A DNA stretch of 64,000 nt from Eledone cirrhosa (GCA_964016885.1 OZ024741.1:151776001-151840000), one strand, 5' to 3'; counted from the stretch's first letter, positions 14,871 through 29,416 are shown. The notes: generated by a model not told the origin, from the letters alone. Numbers and translations: made by a program.

Positions 14871-16890
14871 TCAAGGTGGTTGAGTCATCGTAGGAATGTC
14901 AATCCAGTTACAGATCAGATGTGATTTCAGGTGACAACATCTGAAAATCTCGGTCTTGGAGTTCAGGCAAGTTGAAGTGGCTTTCAAGTTTTGTAAAATC
15001 CTAAATTTTTCAGTGGTAAACGAAGAACAATTCTTTGTGCCCCTTTGGTACTCCCTCGAATGGTCTAAAATAGACCAATCGATAGAGTACGGGATGTTTT
15101 TATCCTTGAATTCCCACACCTTATTTGCGAGAGCCGTTGCTATTCTTTTATCGGGGTCTTTAAAAGAAGCGACATGTGCATAAAACCTGGTTTTAAACCT
15201 GTCCTGAGTTATGCCAACATGTTCACTCCTGGCTGGCTGGTTGTTAATTAAAGGTGTCACTTTGGCCTCATATACAACGGATTTGGTGTTACATTTGCCC
15301 TGTAATGGGTATTCATCCGGCTTCCTGCATCCTGGATTAATTCTCGTACGATTAGAATTGGTGATTTTAGACTTCATTGATGGGCAGCAAGAGTAACTGA
15401 TTTTAACTACATTTCTATTAAATATCTTATGATATGTATGATTATGAAGAAAATGTTTGTCTAAGTGGTCAAGGAATTTCCTTCCTACATTAGTTTTGAC
15501 AGTTAGAGAGAAGGGGTGTAAACCAAATAATTTTCTTTTTCCTATTATTGTGGTTAGTTTTAGGGGGAGGAGTAGGTAAATAATTAATGTGTTCTGTAAA
15601 TCAGCTGTTATTAAGGGCTTTATTATAATAAGGGGCGGCTTTGTTAAAAATGTCTAGAGACGAAGATAAGGTAGAAATCCTACGGCTAATGTTGGGAATA
15701 AGATTTTTAAAAACGATAGGGGGATTGCAAGACTCTTTGTGTATATATCTAAGATTTTCGTTAGGTTTATAATAAGGTTTAAAAGAGGTAGTAAGTAGAT
15801 CAAGATTAATGTCAAGAAAGTTAGCATTGGTAAGGTTCGTTTCTATAGTAATTTTAAGGTTAAGATTAGCAAAAGTATTGATTAAATCTTTACGGAATTT
15901 ATCAAGGTTATGGCCGTTGGTGGTATGAAAAATTGCCAATCCGTCGTCACGGTATAAACCGATATTATGGGAAGGAAATTTCTCTTTAAGGGTGTGGAGA
16001 AGGAATAATCCTACTAAGTCACACACACCCGCACTGTCATATGAACCCATTGCAACATCAAAAGAGTTTTCAGGGTTTGACTTTTTAACCCAAATACTTT
16101 CATTAGTAAAGAGTAGAGTTTTTCTAGCATGAAAGATAATGTCTTCTTCTAATTTAGAAATATTAATGAAGGGTCTTGCAAAATCTAAGACTTTAATTAA
16201 TAAGGAAACAGTAATAGAGGGGTAAAAATCAACAATATCAAATTGGGTAAATCTACACTTATTTTTACCTAGTATATTATTAAACCAAGAAATAACAGAG
16301 GATGTATTTAACCATTGTGATAAGTCAGTCTTAGTTATAATTTGGAGAATTATTTTTCTTAAGATTTTTTTTACTTGCAAGGCCAACTTCAGATTTAACC
16401 GGGTTAATCAGTCTACAACTAGGTCGATTAGTAAAGTGTAATTTATGGTCTTTAAGGGTAATATATTCTTTACGTTTAGCTAGGCTTTCAATCCGGTTGT
16501 CTATTTTTAAAGAACTAGCTAGTTCTTTAGCTTCTTTATTAATAGTATTGTAGGTGTTATTAGTTAATTGATATTTTTTGGTGATACTATTAGTTAAAAG
16601 TTGGTTATACAAAATACTATTAACTTCAAAGAGATGTTTAGTTTTATCGGAAAGAACAAAAGAGTTTGTACAATTTTTAAAATTAGAAATATCGTTAGAC
16701 TTTTTAGTTTGAAAATTATTATTGTACTTACGAAATTTGATATGACTAATTAAATTAACAAGGTCTAATTAGAAGTTGGCCATGTCTTTAATTCTAGGTG
16801 GGTATTTACGGGATTTTATGTAAAAACAATCATTAGTATCAGCACTGAATAGTCCATCGTAAATCATTGCCTTCCATCTCATTCTTTTAA
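14871..16890 (-). pseudogene. Penelope-like element (Naiad-like) RT plus GIY-YIG, frameshifted
   Basis: [13 protein letters not shown]; YITLKDHK..F...PSCRLINP; QFDIVDFYPSIT; FDVAMGSYDSA; LYRDDGL; NFLDINLDL; PL.GKC...VVYEA...VGIT...FKTRF..H. Split over several frames. The coding match extends to about 16948. Confidence 0.9.
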
Positions 16891-16979
16891 CGACTTGTTC
16901 GATTTTATCTATAAGCAGTTTGGTATAAGTTGTGTTGGAAGGAGTAGGTATATATATATATACAAATATATATATATAT

Positions 16980-17018
<39 letters not shown>

Positions 17019-17134
17019 AATATATATACAAATATATATATACAAATATATATATACAAATATATATATACAATATATATATATATATATATATACAAAT
17101 ATAAATACAAATATATATATACAAATATATATAT

Positions 17135-17197
<63 letters not shown>

Positions 17198-17276
17198 AAT
17201 ATATATATATATATATATAAATATACACGGCTGTGTATGATTGTGTATACAAGATTATATTAATAAAAGGAATTCC

Positions 17277-17510
17277 AACTGTGTCTGATTTACTCGTTTT
17301 ATTTACAATCCTTTAAAATTATAATGATATTATAATGAAATAGTATGGTAGAATATTAAATGTTAAGTGTTAATTGAACACTTAACATTTAATATTCAAT
17401 TAACACTTAACATTTCATATTCTACCATACTATTTTATTATAATATTATAATTTTAAAGGATTGTAAATAAAACGAGTAAATCAGACAATTGGAATTCCT
17501 TTTATTAATA
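17277..17510. repeat. About 230-bp foldback inverted repeat between (TA)n tracts
   Basis: tattaataaaaggaattccaa...atttacaatcctttaaaattataat mirrored at 17447-17510. Confidence 0.8.
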
Positions 17511-17521
17511 TATATATATAT

Positions 17522-17600
<79 letters not shown>

Positions 17601-17673
17601 AATATATATATATATATATACACAAATATATATATATATATATATATACAAATATATATATATATATATATAT

Positions 17674-17704
<31 letters not shown>

Positions 17705-17887
17705 CAAATATATATACAAATATATATAATATATATATATATACAAATATATACAAATATATATATATATATATATATATACAAATATATATATATATAT
17801 ATACAAATTTATATATATATATATATATATATACAAATATATATATATATATATATATATACAAATATATATATATATATATATATA

Positions 17888-17928
<41 letters not shown>

Positions 17929-18287
17929 AAAGATTTATTTAAAATTGTTGGGTTACAACGAGTAAATATTTTATAACTGATATAAAAGCACTCAACAGTT
18001 TTTGGAGTAGGTTTACGATATTAAACAAATGGAAACTATATTTATAAAACCATATTTATTTCGTTATATATATTTCTGGGATATCATATTAAAAAATATG
18101 GTATACCTTCCTCAGACAAAATACAATATATAAGCTGTTTTATAAATAATTTTGACATACCTTAGAATAATGCAACTTCCATTTAAAAAGTTGATTTGGT
18201 AGTGAAACTGTTGAGGACAGTTATAGAGAAAGAAAGACGAAGAAAAACGAAGATAAAAAGAAGAGATGTATGTAAAGAAAAACAACA

Positions 18288-18405
18288 AAGGACAGACACT
18301 GGTCTGTTGGAGATGCTGGACATGGCAGCGATAATGAGGGACAGAGACCGCTGGAGAGAACTCGTCCATGGATCTCGGGAATTTTACCCGCCTTAAATAG
18401 ATAGA
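18288..18405 (+). mobile_element. Short RTE-type LINE 3' fragment
   Basis: Near-identical to 13744-13860 ([30 protein letters not shown]). Confidence 0.8.
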
Positions 18406-18436
18406 TATATATACAAATATATATATACATATATAT

Positions 18437-18603
<167 letters not shown>

Positions 18604-18642
18604 AATATATATATATACAAATATATATATATATATATATAT

Positions 18643-18761
<119 letters not shown>

Positions 18762-18853
18762 AATATATATATATATATATACAAATACAAATATATATAT
18801 ATATACAAATATATATATATATATATATTTATTTATTTATATATATATATATA

Positions 18854-18894
<41 letters not shown>

Positions 18895-18944
18895 TTATAC
18901 ATATATATATATATATATATACAAATATATATATATATATATAT

Positions 18945-19041
<97 letters not shown>

Positions 19042-19184
19042 AATATATATATATACACACATATACATACATATATATATAAATAAATATATATACACAC
19101 ACACACATATGCATATACATATATTATAATATGAATTATAATATTCGATTCGTTTGTAAATAAGGTATATGTATATATATATAT

Positions 19185-19399
19185 ACATGTAACCCAGTAC
19201 ACCCTGTCGCATGGTCGGGTCGTCGGTGACTAAACCGGCAACCCTACCAAGTATACTTAGTGAGGAGAGGGATTTGGGACACCCTGCAAGACAAAAAACA
19301 AGACCTGACAAAGGGCAGAACTCATAAGAGTTAACGGCCATCCAAAAAATGTGTAAATATGTATATACCTGTATGCATGTGTATGTGTGTGTATGTATG

Positions 19400-19436
<37 letters not shown>

Positions 19437-20375
19437 ATACATGTATGCATGTGTATGTATCTGCGCGTGGACATAGAAATAATTGGGCTGGATACCCGAT
19501 CGCACGGTTAAACCACTGGGAGTGAAGGACTCCTAGCCATTGTCAGGGCATTCTTCTAGGAGAAGGCAACTCAGAAAACTGGGATAACTGCAATATAAAA
19601 CCTGCGGCTCAGTAGTTACCGATGATATTGATCTTTTCTTCTTTTCGGGTTATAGCTACTGTCGCTCAGAGAGTGGGATTGGCTCAGTGTACAGTCTTTC
19701 CTCACTTTAAAAAATATCTTCACGCACAGGCATTGCACGATAGAATTAATTAATAATTATTAATAATGGTATATCGTGCAATGGCCTTACTCGATAACGA
19801 GGGGGCAGCCATCATGTATGTATGTATGCAACCCAGTACAACCTGTCGCATGGTCTGGTCGTCGGCGACTCAAGCGGCAACCCCACCAAGTTTACTTGGT
19901 GAGGAGGGTGATTTTGGACACCCTGCAGGACAAAAAACAAAACCTGACAAAGAGCGGAGGAACTCATAAGAGTCAACGGCCATCCGAAAGTGTGTAAATA
20001 TATATATACACATGTACATATGTATGTATATGTATATGTGTATATGCATGGGAGCATGTGTATGTATATATACGCGGGGACATAGAGATAGTCTGGCTGG
20101 ACACCCGATCGCGCGGTTAAATCACTGGGAGTGATGGACCCCTGGCCTTTGTCAGGACATTCTTCTAGGAGAAGGAAAACTCAAGAAACTGGGATAACTT
20201 CGATATAAAACCTGTGGCTCAGTAGTTACCGACGATGTTGATCTTTTCTTCTTTTCGGGTTATAGCTACTGTCCCTCAGAGAGTGGGATTGGCTCAGTGC
20301 ACAGTCTTTCCTTACTTTAAAAAATATCTTCATGCACAGGCATTGCACAATAGCATTAATTGATAATTATTAATA
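19185..20375 (+). mobile_element. Two head-to-tail copies of non-coding repeat family B joined by an (ATGT)n tail
   Basis: 19185-19813 and 19830-20375 align to each other and to the reverse complement of 60725-61338. Confidence 0.8.
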
Positions 20376-20555
20376 ATTGTTTCTACTTTTGGCACAAGGC
20401 CAGCAATTACCCAGTACATTACTGGTACTTTATTTTATCGATCCCGTAAGGATGAAAGACAAAGTTAACCTCGGCGGGAGTTGAACTCAGAATGGCAAGG
20501 GCCGTAACTCTTTGCTACAAAGAATGGCGTCCGACCCTCTACCGATACTGCCAAA
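20376..20555 (-). mobile_element. tRNA-type SINE interrupting the family B 3' end
   Basis: Same sequence as 12870-13060; family B 3' end resumes at about 20560-20610. Confidence 0.75.
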
Positions 20556-21040
20556 ATAATAATAGTATAATGTGCAATGGCCATACTCGATAACGAGGGG
20601 ACAGCCATCATATACATATATATAGAGAGATGCGCGCACGTGTGTATGTGTGTGTTTTGTGCACACTCATCCGTTAAATCAAATAAAGATACTGGCTCAA
20701 AATTGTTTACCCTTAATTCTTGTATCATTGTATCTAATAGCTGTTTAATTGAGGGTTAATTGTGCTCCTGCCAGTTTTAATTCTCTCCTACCTAGAGTAT
20801 TTCAGCTTTTTTTTTTTAATAACCTTGGTTTAAGTACACTCTTTTTCTCCGTTCAATACTTAATTAGACCAGAAATAAATTAAATTGCTATTACAACACC
20901 CATAACCCTCTAAAATTATTTCACTCTCTAAAGACCAACACGTCCTACATTTGTCATATTACACAGTCCCGGCACCAATATCCCTCCTAACTATTCCTCT
21001 CTATTACTGAATGATCTCTCTCTCTCACTCTCTCTCTCTC

Positions 21041-21074
<34 letters not shown>

Positions 21075-21671
21075 CACACATGCACACAAACATATGCATA
21101 AACGCACACTCTCACAAGCATGCACGCACACACACACACATAAACATACACACACACACACATATATACATATATATATGTGTGTGTGTGTATGTGTGAG
21201 AGTTTCAGGTTCAATCGGGGTAACCACAGTAAGTAAGTTACTCAATACAGTAGTAGAGTATATACAAAAATTAATATGGAAATGGCTACATTCGAACTGT
21301 TTCATTCGAATGAAACAGTTCTAGTCCTGTAGAAGCCATTTATATATATATATATATATATATATGAAGTATTTCCGTAGGAAGGGTAAAGGAAAGAAAA
21401 GTGCTCTATCTATGCTACAGAGCTATTTGATTATGTAATAAACAACATAAGGAAATTATTCCATTTACCAAAGGTTTCACGCAGACAGACGAGGTCAACA
21501 GAGACAATTAGTTAGCACCCCGAACGTTTAATTAGGAATATACTCACTTATTGCGCCTTATGTTTGTTGAGTGAGTTGGGATTTGGCCGGAGTATCTCTA
21601 TTAGCTTTCTCCGATAATGTATTTATATATATATATATTTGTATATGTATATATTTGTATATGTATATATG

Positions 21672-21709
<38 letters not shown>

Positions 21710-21940
21710 TTAGAAACACACAGATACATGCGGACACACACATATACATGAATGCATCCGCACCCAACCATGAGTTAAGGGTGCCAACTTCACCGATGTT
21801 GCTCAATGAATGACTGGGACAGACCAATCCGGTTGAACCAGACTGAACCAGTATCAGAGTTAAAAATACATTATGAAGAGAGAAGAAACATTTAGATATA
21901 ATTAGTAATAAAATGTATCATACCTAAACTGCTCCTAGAT

Positions 21941-22030
21941 TCCTCGACTACGTAGTTTCGTGGCATAAACAAAAACAATATATCATAAAGATATAGAGTC
22001 CTTGCGAGGTCTGCCGACTTATCAAGAGGA
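21941..22030 (-). ncRNA. Type I hammerhead, U3-A8 core (left-arm copies also at 22534-22623 and 23127-23216)
   Basis: Reverse complement of the motif at 23348-23437. Confidence 0.75.
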
Positions 22031-23347
22031 TACCTCATTTTACTAGTCTCAAGAACGCGTCTCCACAACGTGAGAAAGAATCCCAAAAGGCGGAGGGGGA
22101 GATAGTCACGCGATATAACGGTCGAGAAACAGAGCTAAGCCTCTTATAACCCCGAAGAAAATACCACGGAGGCGGAGGGGGTATTTATATCGAAGCCGTA
22201 GAAGAGGTGGTGAAGGAGGCGAGAAGTATGAGTAATGAAAGCTTTCCAGCAGTCCCCACACTTCAAAGATTGCTCGACCAGAGGGAGTTATTAACAATAT
22301 ATTTAGAAACACACAGATACATGCGGACACACACATATACATGAATGCATCCGCACCCAACCATGAGTTAAGGGTGCCAACTTCACCGATGTTGCTCAAT
22401 GAATGACTGGGACAGACCAATCCGGTTGAACCAGACTGAACCAGTATCAGAGTTAAAAATACATTATGAAGAGAGAAGAAACATTTAGATATAATTAGTA
22501 ATAAAATGTATCATACCTAAACTGCTCCTAGATTCCTCGACTACGTAGTTTCGTGGCATAAACAAAAACAATATATCATAAAGATATAGAGTCCTTGCGA
22601 GGTCTGCCGACTTATCAAGAGGATACCTCATTTTACTAGTCTCAAGAACGCGTCTCCACAACGTGAGAAAGAATCCCAAAAGGCGGAGGGGGAGATAGTC
22701 ACGCGATATAACGGTCGAGAAACAGAGCTAAGCCTCTTATAACCCCGAAGAAAATACCACGGAGGCGGAGGGGGTATTTATATCGAAGCCGTAGAAGAGG
22801 TGGTGAAGGAGGCGAGAAGTATGAGTAATGAAAGCTTTCCAGCAGTCCCCACACTTCAAAGATTGCTCGACCAGAGGGAGTTATTAACAATATATTTAGA
22901 AACACACAGATACATGCGGACACACACATATACATGAATGCATCCGCACCCAACCATGAGTTAAGGGTGCCAACTTCACCGATGTTGCTCAATGAATGAC
23001 TGGGACAGACCAATCCGGTTGAACCAGACTGAACCAGTATCAGAGTTAAAAATACATTATGAAGAGAGAAGAAACATTTAGATATAATTAGTAATAAAAT
23101 GTATCATACCTAAACTGCTCCTAGATTCCTCGACTACGTAGTTTCGTGGCATAAACAAAAACAATATATCATAAAGATATAGAGTCCTTGCGAGGTCTGC
23201 CGACTTATCAAGAGGATACCTCATTTTACTAGTCTCAAGAACGCGTCTCCACAACGTGAGAAAGAATCCCAAAAGGCGGAGGGTCCGCCTTTTGGGATTC
23301 TTTCTCACGTTGTGGAGACGCGTTCTTGAGACTAGTAAAATGAGGTA

Positions 23348-23437
23348 TCCTCTTGATAAGTCGGCAGACCTCGCAAGGACTCTATATCTTTATGATATAT
23401 TGTTTTTGTTTATGCCACGAAACTACGTAGTCGAGGA
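23348..23437 (+). ncRNA. Type I hammerhead, U3-A8 core, long stem II (repeats every 593 bp to 26906-26995; 7 copies)
   Basis: tcctc TTGATAA gtcggca...tgccac GAA ACTACGTAGT C gagga. Stem I tcctc/gagga; stem II gt(c)ggca/tgccac; 10-nt perfect palindrome in stem III; GUC cleavage predicted after 23432. Confidence 0.78.
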
Positions 23438-26400
23438 ATCTAGGAGCAGTTTAGGTATGATACATTTTATTACTAATTATATCTAAATGTTTCTTCTCTC
23501 TTCATAATGTATTTTTAACTCTGATACTGGTTCAGTCTGGTTCAACCGGATTGGTCTGTCCCAGTCATTCATTGAGCAACATCGGTGAAGTTGGCACCCT
23601 TAACTCATGGTTGGGTGCGGATGCATTCATGTATATGTGTGTGTCCGCATGTATCTGTGTGTTTCTAAATATATTGTTAATAACTCCCTCTGGTCGAGCA
23701 ATCTTTGAAGTGTGGGGACTGCTGGAAAGCTTTCATTACTCATACTTCTCGCCTCCTTCACCACCTCTTCTACGGCTTCGATATAAATACCCCCTCCGCC
23801 TCCGTGGTATTTTCTTCGGGGTTATAAGAGGCTTAGCTCTGTTTCTCGACCGTTATATCGCGTGACTATCTCCCCCTCCGCCTTTTGGGATTCTTTCTCA
23901 CGTTGTGGAGACGCGTTCTTGAGACTAGTAAAATGAGGTATCCTCTTGATAAGTCGGCAGACCTCGCAAGGACTCTATATCTTTATGATATATTGTTTTT
24001 GTTTATGCCACGAAACTACGTAGTCGAGGAATCTAGGAGCAGTTTAGGTATGATACATTTTATTACTAATTATATCTAAATGTTTCTTCTCTCTTCATAA
24101 TGTATTTTTAACTCTGATACTGGTTCAGTCTGGTTCAACCGGATTGGTCTGTCCCAGTCATTCATTGAGCAACATCGGTGAAGTTGGCACCCTTAACTCA
24201 TGGTTGGGTGCGGATGCATTCATGTATATGTGTGTGTCCGCATGTATCTGTGTGTTTCTAAATATATTGTTAATAACTCCCTCTGGTCGAGCAATCTTTG
24301 AAGTGTGGGGACTGCTGGAAAGCTTTCATTACTCATACTTCTCGCCTCCTTCACCACCTCTTCTACGGCTTCGATATAAATACCCCCTCCGCCTCCGTGG
24401 TATTTTCTTCGGGGTTATAAGAGGCTTAGCTCTGTTTCTCGACCGTTATATCGCGTGACTATCTCCCCCTCCGCCTTTTGGGATTCTTTCTCACGTTGTG
24501 GAGACGCGTTCTTGAGACTAGTAAAATGAGGTATCCTCTTGATAAGTCGGCAGACCTCGCAAGGACTCTATATCTTTATGATATATTGTTTTTGTTTATG
24601 CCACGAAACTACGTAGTCGAGGAATCTAGGAGCAGTTTAGGTATGATACATTTTATTACTAATTATATCTAAATGTTTCTTCTCTCTTCATAATGTATTT
24701 TTAACTCTGATACTGGTTCAGTCTGGTTCAACCGGATTGGTCTGTCCCAGTCATTCATTGAGCAACATCGGTGAAGTTGGCACCCTTAACTCATGGTTGG
24801 GTGCGGATGCATTCATGTATATGTGTGTGTCCGCATGTATCTGTGTGTTTCTAAATATATTGTTAATAACTCCCTCTGGTCGAGCAATCTTTGAAGTGTG
24901 GGGACTGCTGGAAAGCTTTCATTACTCATACTTCTCGCCTCCTTCACCACCTCTTCTACGGCTTCGATATAAATACCCCCTCCGCCTCCGTGGTATTTTC
25001 TTCGGGGTTATAAGAGGCTTAGCTCTGTTTCTCGACCGTTATATCGCGTGACTATCTCCCCCTCCGCCTTTTGGGATTCTTTCTCACGTTGTGGAGACGC
25101 GTTCTTGAGACTAGTAAAATGAGGTATCCTCTTGATAAGTCGGCAGACCTCGCAAGGACTCTATATCTTTATGATATATTGTTTTTGTTTATGCCACGAA
25201 ACTACGTAGTCGAGGAATCTAGGAGCAGTTTAGGTATGATACATTTTATTACTAATTATATCTAAATGTTTCTTCTCTCTTCATAATGTATTTTTAACTC
25301 TGATACTGGTTCAGTCTGGTTCAACCGGATTGGTCTGTCCCAGTCATTCATTGAGCAACATCGGTGAAGTTGGCACCCTTAACTCATGGTTGGGTGCGGA
25401 TGCATTCATGTATATGTGTGTGTCCGCATGTATCTGTGTGTTTCTAAATATATTGTTAATAACTCCCTCTGGTCGAGCAATCTTTGAAGTGTGGGGACTG
25501 CTGGAAAGCTTTCATTACTCATACTTCTCGCCTCCTTCACCACCTCTTCTACGGCTTCGATATAAATACCCCCTCCGCCTCCGTGGTATTTTCTTCGGGG
25601 TTATAAGAGGCTTAGCTCTGTTTCTCGACCGTTATATCGCGTGACTATCTCCCCCTCCGCCTTTTGGGATTCTTTCTCACGTTGTGGAGACGCGTTCTTG
25701 AGACTAGTAAAATGAGGTATCCTCTTGATAAGTCGGCAGACCTCGCAAGGACTCTATATCTTTATGATATATTGTTTTTGTTTATGCCACGAAACTACGT
25801 AGTCGAGGAATCTAGGAGCAGTTTAGGTATGATACATTTTATTACTAATTATATCTAAATGTTTCTTCTCTCTTCATAATGTATTTTTAACTCTGATACT
25901 GGTTCAGTCTGGTTCAACCGGATTGGTCTGTCCCAGTCATTCATTGAGCAACATCGGTGAAGTTGGCACCCTTAACTCATGGTTGGGTGCGGATGCATTC
26001 ATGTATATGTGTGTGTCCGCATGTATCTGTGTGTTTCTAAATATATTGTTAATAACTCCCTCTGGTCGAGCAATCTTTGAAGTGTGGGGACTGCTGGAAA
26101 GCTTTCATTACTCATACTTCTCGCCTCCTTCACCACCTCTTCTACGGCTTCGATATAAATACCCCCTCCGCCTCCGTGGTATTTTCTTCGGGGTTATAAG
26201 AGGCTTAGCTCTGTTTCTCGACCGTTATATCGCGTGACTATCTCCCCCTCCGCCTTTTGGGATTCTTTCTCACGTTGTGGAGACGCGTTCTTGAGACTAG
26301 TAAAATGAGGTATCCTCTTGATAAGTCGGCAGACCTCGCAAGGACTCTATATCTTTATGATATATTGTTTTTGTTTATGCCACGAAACTACGTAGTCGAG

Positions 26401-27064
26401 GAATCTAGGAGCAGTTTAGGTATGATACATTTTATTACTAATTATATCTAAATGTTTCTTCTCTCTTCATAATGTATTTTTAACTCTGATACTGGTTCAG
26501 TCTGGTTCAACCGGATTGGTCTGTCCCAGTCATTCATTGAGCAACATCGGTGAAGTTGGCACCCTTAACTCATGGTTGGGTGCGGATGCATTCATGTATA
26601 TGTGTGTGTCCGCATGTATCTGTGTGTTTCTAAATATATTGTTAATAACTCCCTCTGGTCGAGCAATCTTTGAAGTGTGGGGACTGCTGGAAAGCTTTCA
26701 TTACTCATACTTCTCGCCTCCTTCACCACCTCTTCTACGGCTTCGATATAAATACCCCCTCCGCCTCCGTGGTATTTTCTTCGGGGTTATAAGAGGCTTA
26801 GCTCTGTTTCTCGACCGTTATATCGCGTGACTATCTCCCCCTCCGCCTTTTGGGATTCTTTCTCACGTTGTGGAGACGCGTTCTTGAGACTAGTAAAATG
26901 AGGTATCCTCTTGATAAGTCGGCAGACCTCGCAAGGACTCTATATCTTTATGATATATTGTTTTTGTTTATGCCACGAAACTACGTAGTCGAGGAATCTA
27001 GGAGCAGTTTAGGTATGATACATTTTATTACTAATTATATCTAAATGTTTCTTCTCTCTTCATA

Positions 27065-27188
<124 letters not shown>

Positions 27189-27255
27189 ATGTATATAAAG
27201 TGAAAAAATGAAGAGTGACATGGTTGGCTGTACAATAAGGGGCTTTATTTGAAAA

Positions 27256-27364
27256 TACTGACAATTGTTTCATTGATCAGTTGAGTCTAGAGGTCGCTAA
27301 TCGCTTGAAGTTGCGTCACTCGATCTCCAATACATTATTTACCTCTCAACAACACACCAGAGTA
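27256..27364 (-). ncRNA. Decayed hammerhead remnant
   Basis: Reverse complement: tact CTGGTGT gttga...tcaat GAAA CAATTG TC agta; two core mismatches. Confidence 0.4.
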
Positions 27365-27492
27365 CGTAGATATCGCTGCATAACTATAGAAACATCTTGT
27401 TGAGTCAAACAAAGCCGTACGTTAAAACTATCCACGACGCAGAGTAGTCACAACCTCTAACTGGATTACCTATAACGACAACTTGTTATCCC

Positions 27493-27525
<33 letters not shown>

Positions 27526-27576
27526 AGTATATATATATATGTATATATATATTATATACATGTATATATATATGTG

Positions 27577-29220
27577 TATTGCAGCGCGACTTATGTCGGA
27601 CAGACGGGACGTCGCCTGGCGGATCGATTCACTGAGCACCTCCGGGATATTCGTCTCGGTGGTAGTTCCCCCATCGCCCGCCACTTTGGTGGCCCTGGAC
27701 ATTCCGCACGCCATCTCACAGTCTGTGAGCTACTCCAATGCCACGGAACACCCGCCAATCGCCTTAGAGTCGAACAAAGAACTATCTTCATCTTACAGAC
27801 CCACACTCCCCCCGGCCTGAACTCCCCACCCTTATTCCCTTAGCCTTCCACCGCTCCCCTCCCCCCACACTTATTCCCCACTAACTACTAACATCCCTCC
27901 CTTCTTCTCCTCCTCCTCCCTCCTTATCACACGCACACACCCACCGGCACATACATACACGCGCTCACACTAAACACACACCCTACTACCACCACTAACC
28001 CTCACCCCCACACCCCCACCACCCCGCAACTAACCTCACTAACACCCCTGACCCCAAGCACACGAACACACGCACCCACTTACACCACCCACCCCACACG
28101 CAACTAACATCACTAACACCCCCCAACCCCACGCACACGTACCCACACACCCTCGTACACCACCAACTCTACACACCCTACCACCACTAACCCCCACTCA
28201 CACCTGCATTCAACCCTTCCCCACCTCCCGTATACTAACACCCACTAACACCTCTACTAATACACACACACACCCTCCTCACTCCAACTTTCACACCTAC
28301 CCATCCTCGCCCCTTTACCATTCCACCGACTGCTGCTATGCCCTCTGACCACCTCCCAGCACAAACAGACACACAGCTCTCCCACCGCTTGACCACTTCC
28401 TGTTGCGCGCGCACCCCACATCTCTCCTCTTCCGACCATCTCTTCATGGAATACTCGTATGTGGAACTTGACCGACACGGAATCTACTAAACATCATAGG
28501 AATTTACCAACATTTCAACCATCCTCATACGGAATCACCTATATAACTCACCCACACACACACCCAAAAATTTTTTTTTTCCCACACGCCACCTACACCC
28601 ACAACACGCTTAAACCCCACACACACGTGCTTTCCACCACATATTTACACCCTCAGCCTCCTGATTCCTCTCCCCCCACCCCCTCTATCCTCACACGCAC
28701 AGACACTCCGACCTACAACCCCCCACACACACACCTCTTCCTGAACATGCAACCCCGTTCTTCCCCCAACCCTTACTTTCACATACACACACCTACACAC
28801 ACGTACACCTACACACACACACCACCTTCAGCCCTCCTTGCTCGGACACCCGTCTTCCTCTCCCCACTCCACCCGCCACCACCCCTACACACCCCACACC
28901 CTTCCACCACCTATTTTACCCCTTTATAGTTTCAGTTTATTTTGATCATGCTTTTATATTTAATTTTATTTCATTCCTTGTATTTTGATTATGCTTTATT
29001 TTTATTTTTATTTTTAATTTCATTCGCACCGTTTCCTTTCGCTATATGTCTCTCCACCACTCCCCTACACACCCTTTGAACTCTGTTCCCACACACTTCT
29101 CACCTGAGGAAGGGCTTATGCCCGAAACGTCGTTCCCCACCACCACCCCACTCTCCAGAGCGTGAAATTAATAAACATTCGTTGTACTACCTCTCTGTTT
29201 TGTTCCTGTTCAAATTTTTC
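27577..29220 (+). mobile_element. 5'-truncated Penelope-like element (Neptune-like): GIY-YIG C-terminus, C-rich 3' region and hammerhead-like motif
   Basis: CSATYVGQTGRRLADRFTEHLRDI...PIARHF...H...R...EQ..IF.L.T..PPGLN (27574-27843). CTGAGGA a gggc-ttat-gccc GAAA CGTCG TT at 29104-29134. AATAAA at about 29170. Confidence 0.85.
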
Positions 29221-29323
29221 CATTATATATATATATATCCATTATATATATATATATATATATATCCATTATATATATATATATATATATATTTCCATTA
29301 TATATATATATATAAAATCCAAA

Positions 29324-29364
29324 GAGGGCTCGTTAAGGGTAAATATATATCAAATATATAATAT

Positions 29365-29416
<52 letters not shown>

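Noticed and set aside
15601-15603. TGA in the Naiad-like ORF as selenocysteine
   Set aside because: Context ALNNS*F fits a Gly position (GGA>TGA), and the copy is frameshifted elsewhere.
23551-23865. Repeated 104-aa and 64-aa ORFs in the 593-bp unit
   Set aside because: TTG starts, no recognisable motif; they recur only because the unit is repeated.
28459-28929. 156-aa Pro/Thr/His-rich ORF
   Set aside because: Low-complexity C/A-rich PLE 3' region; no domain.
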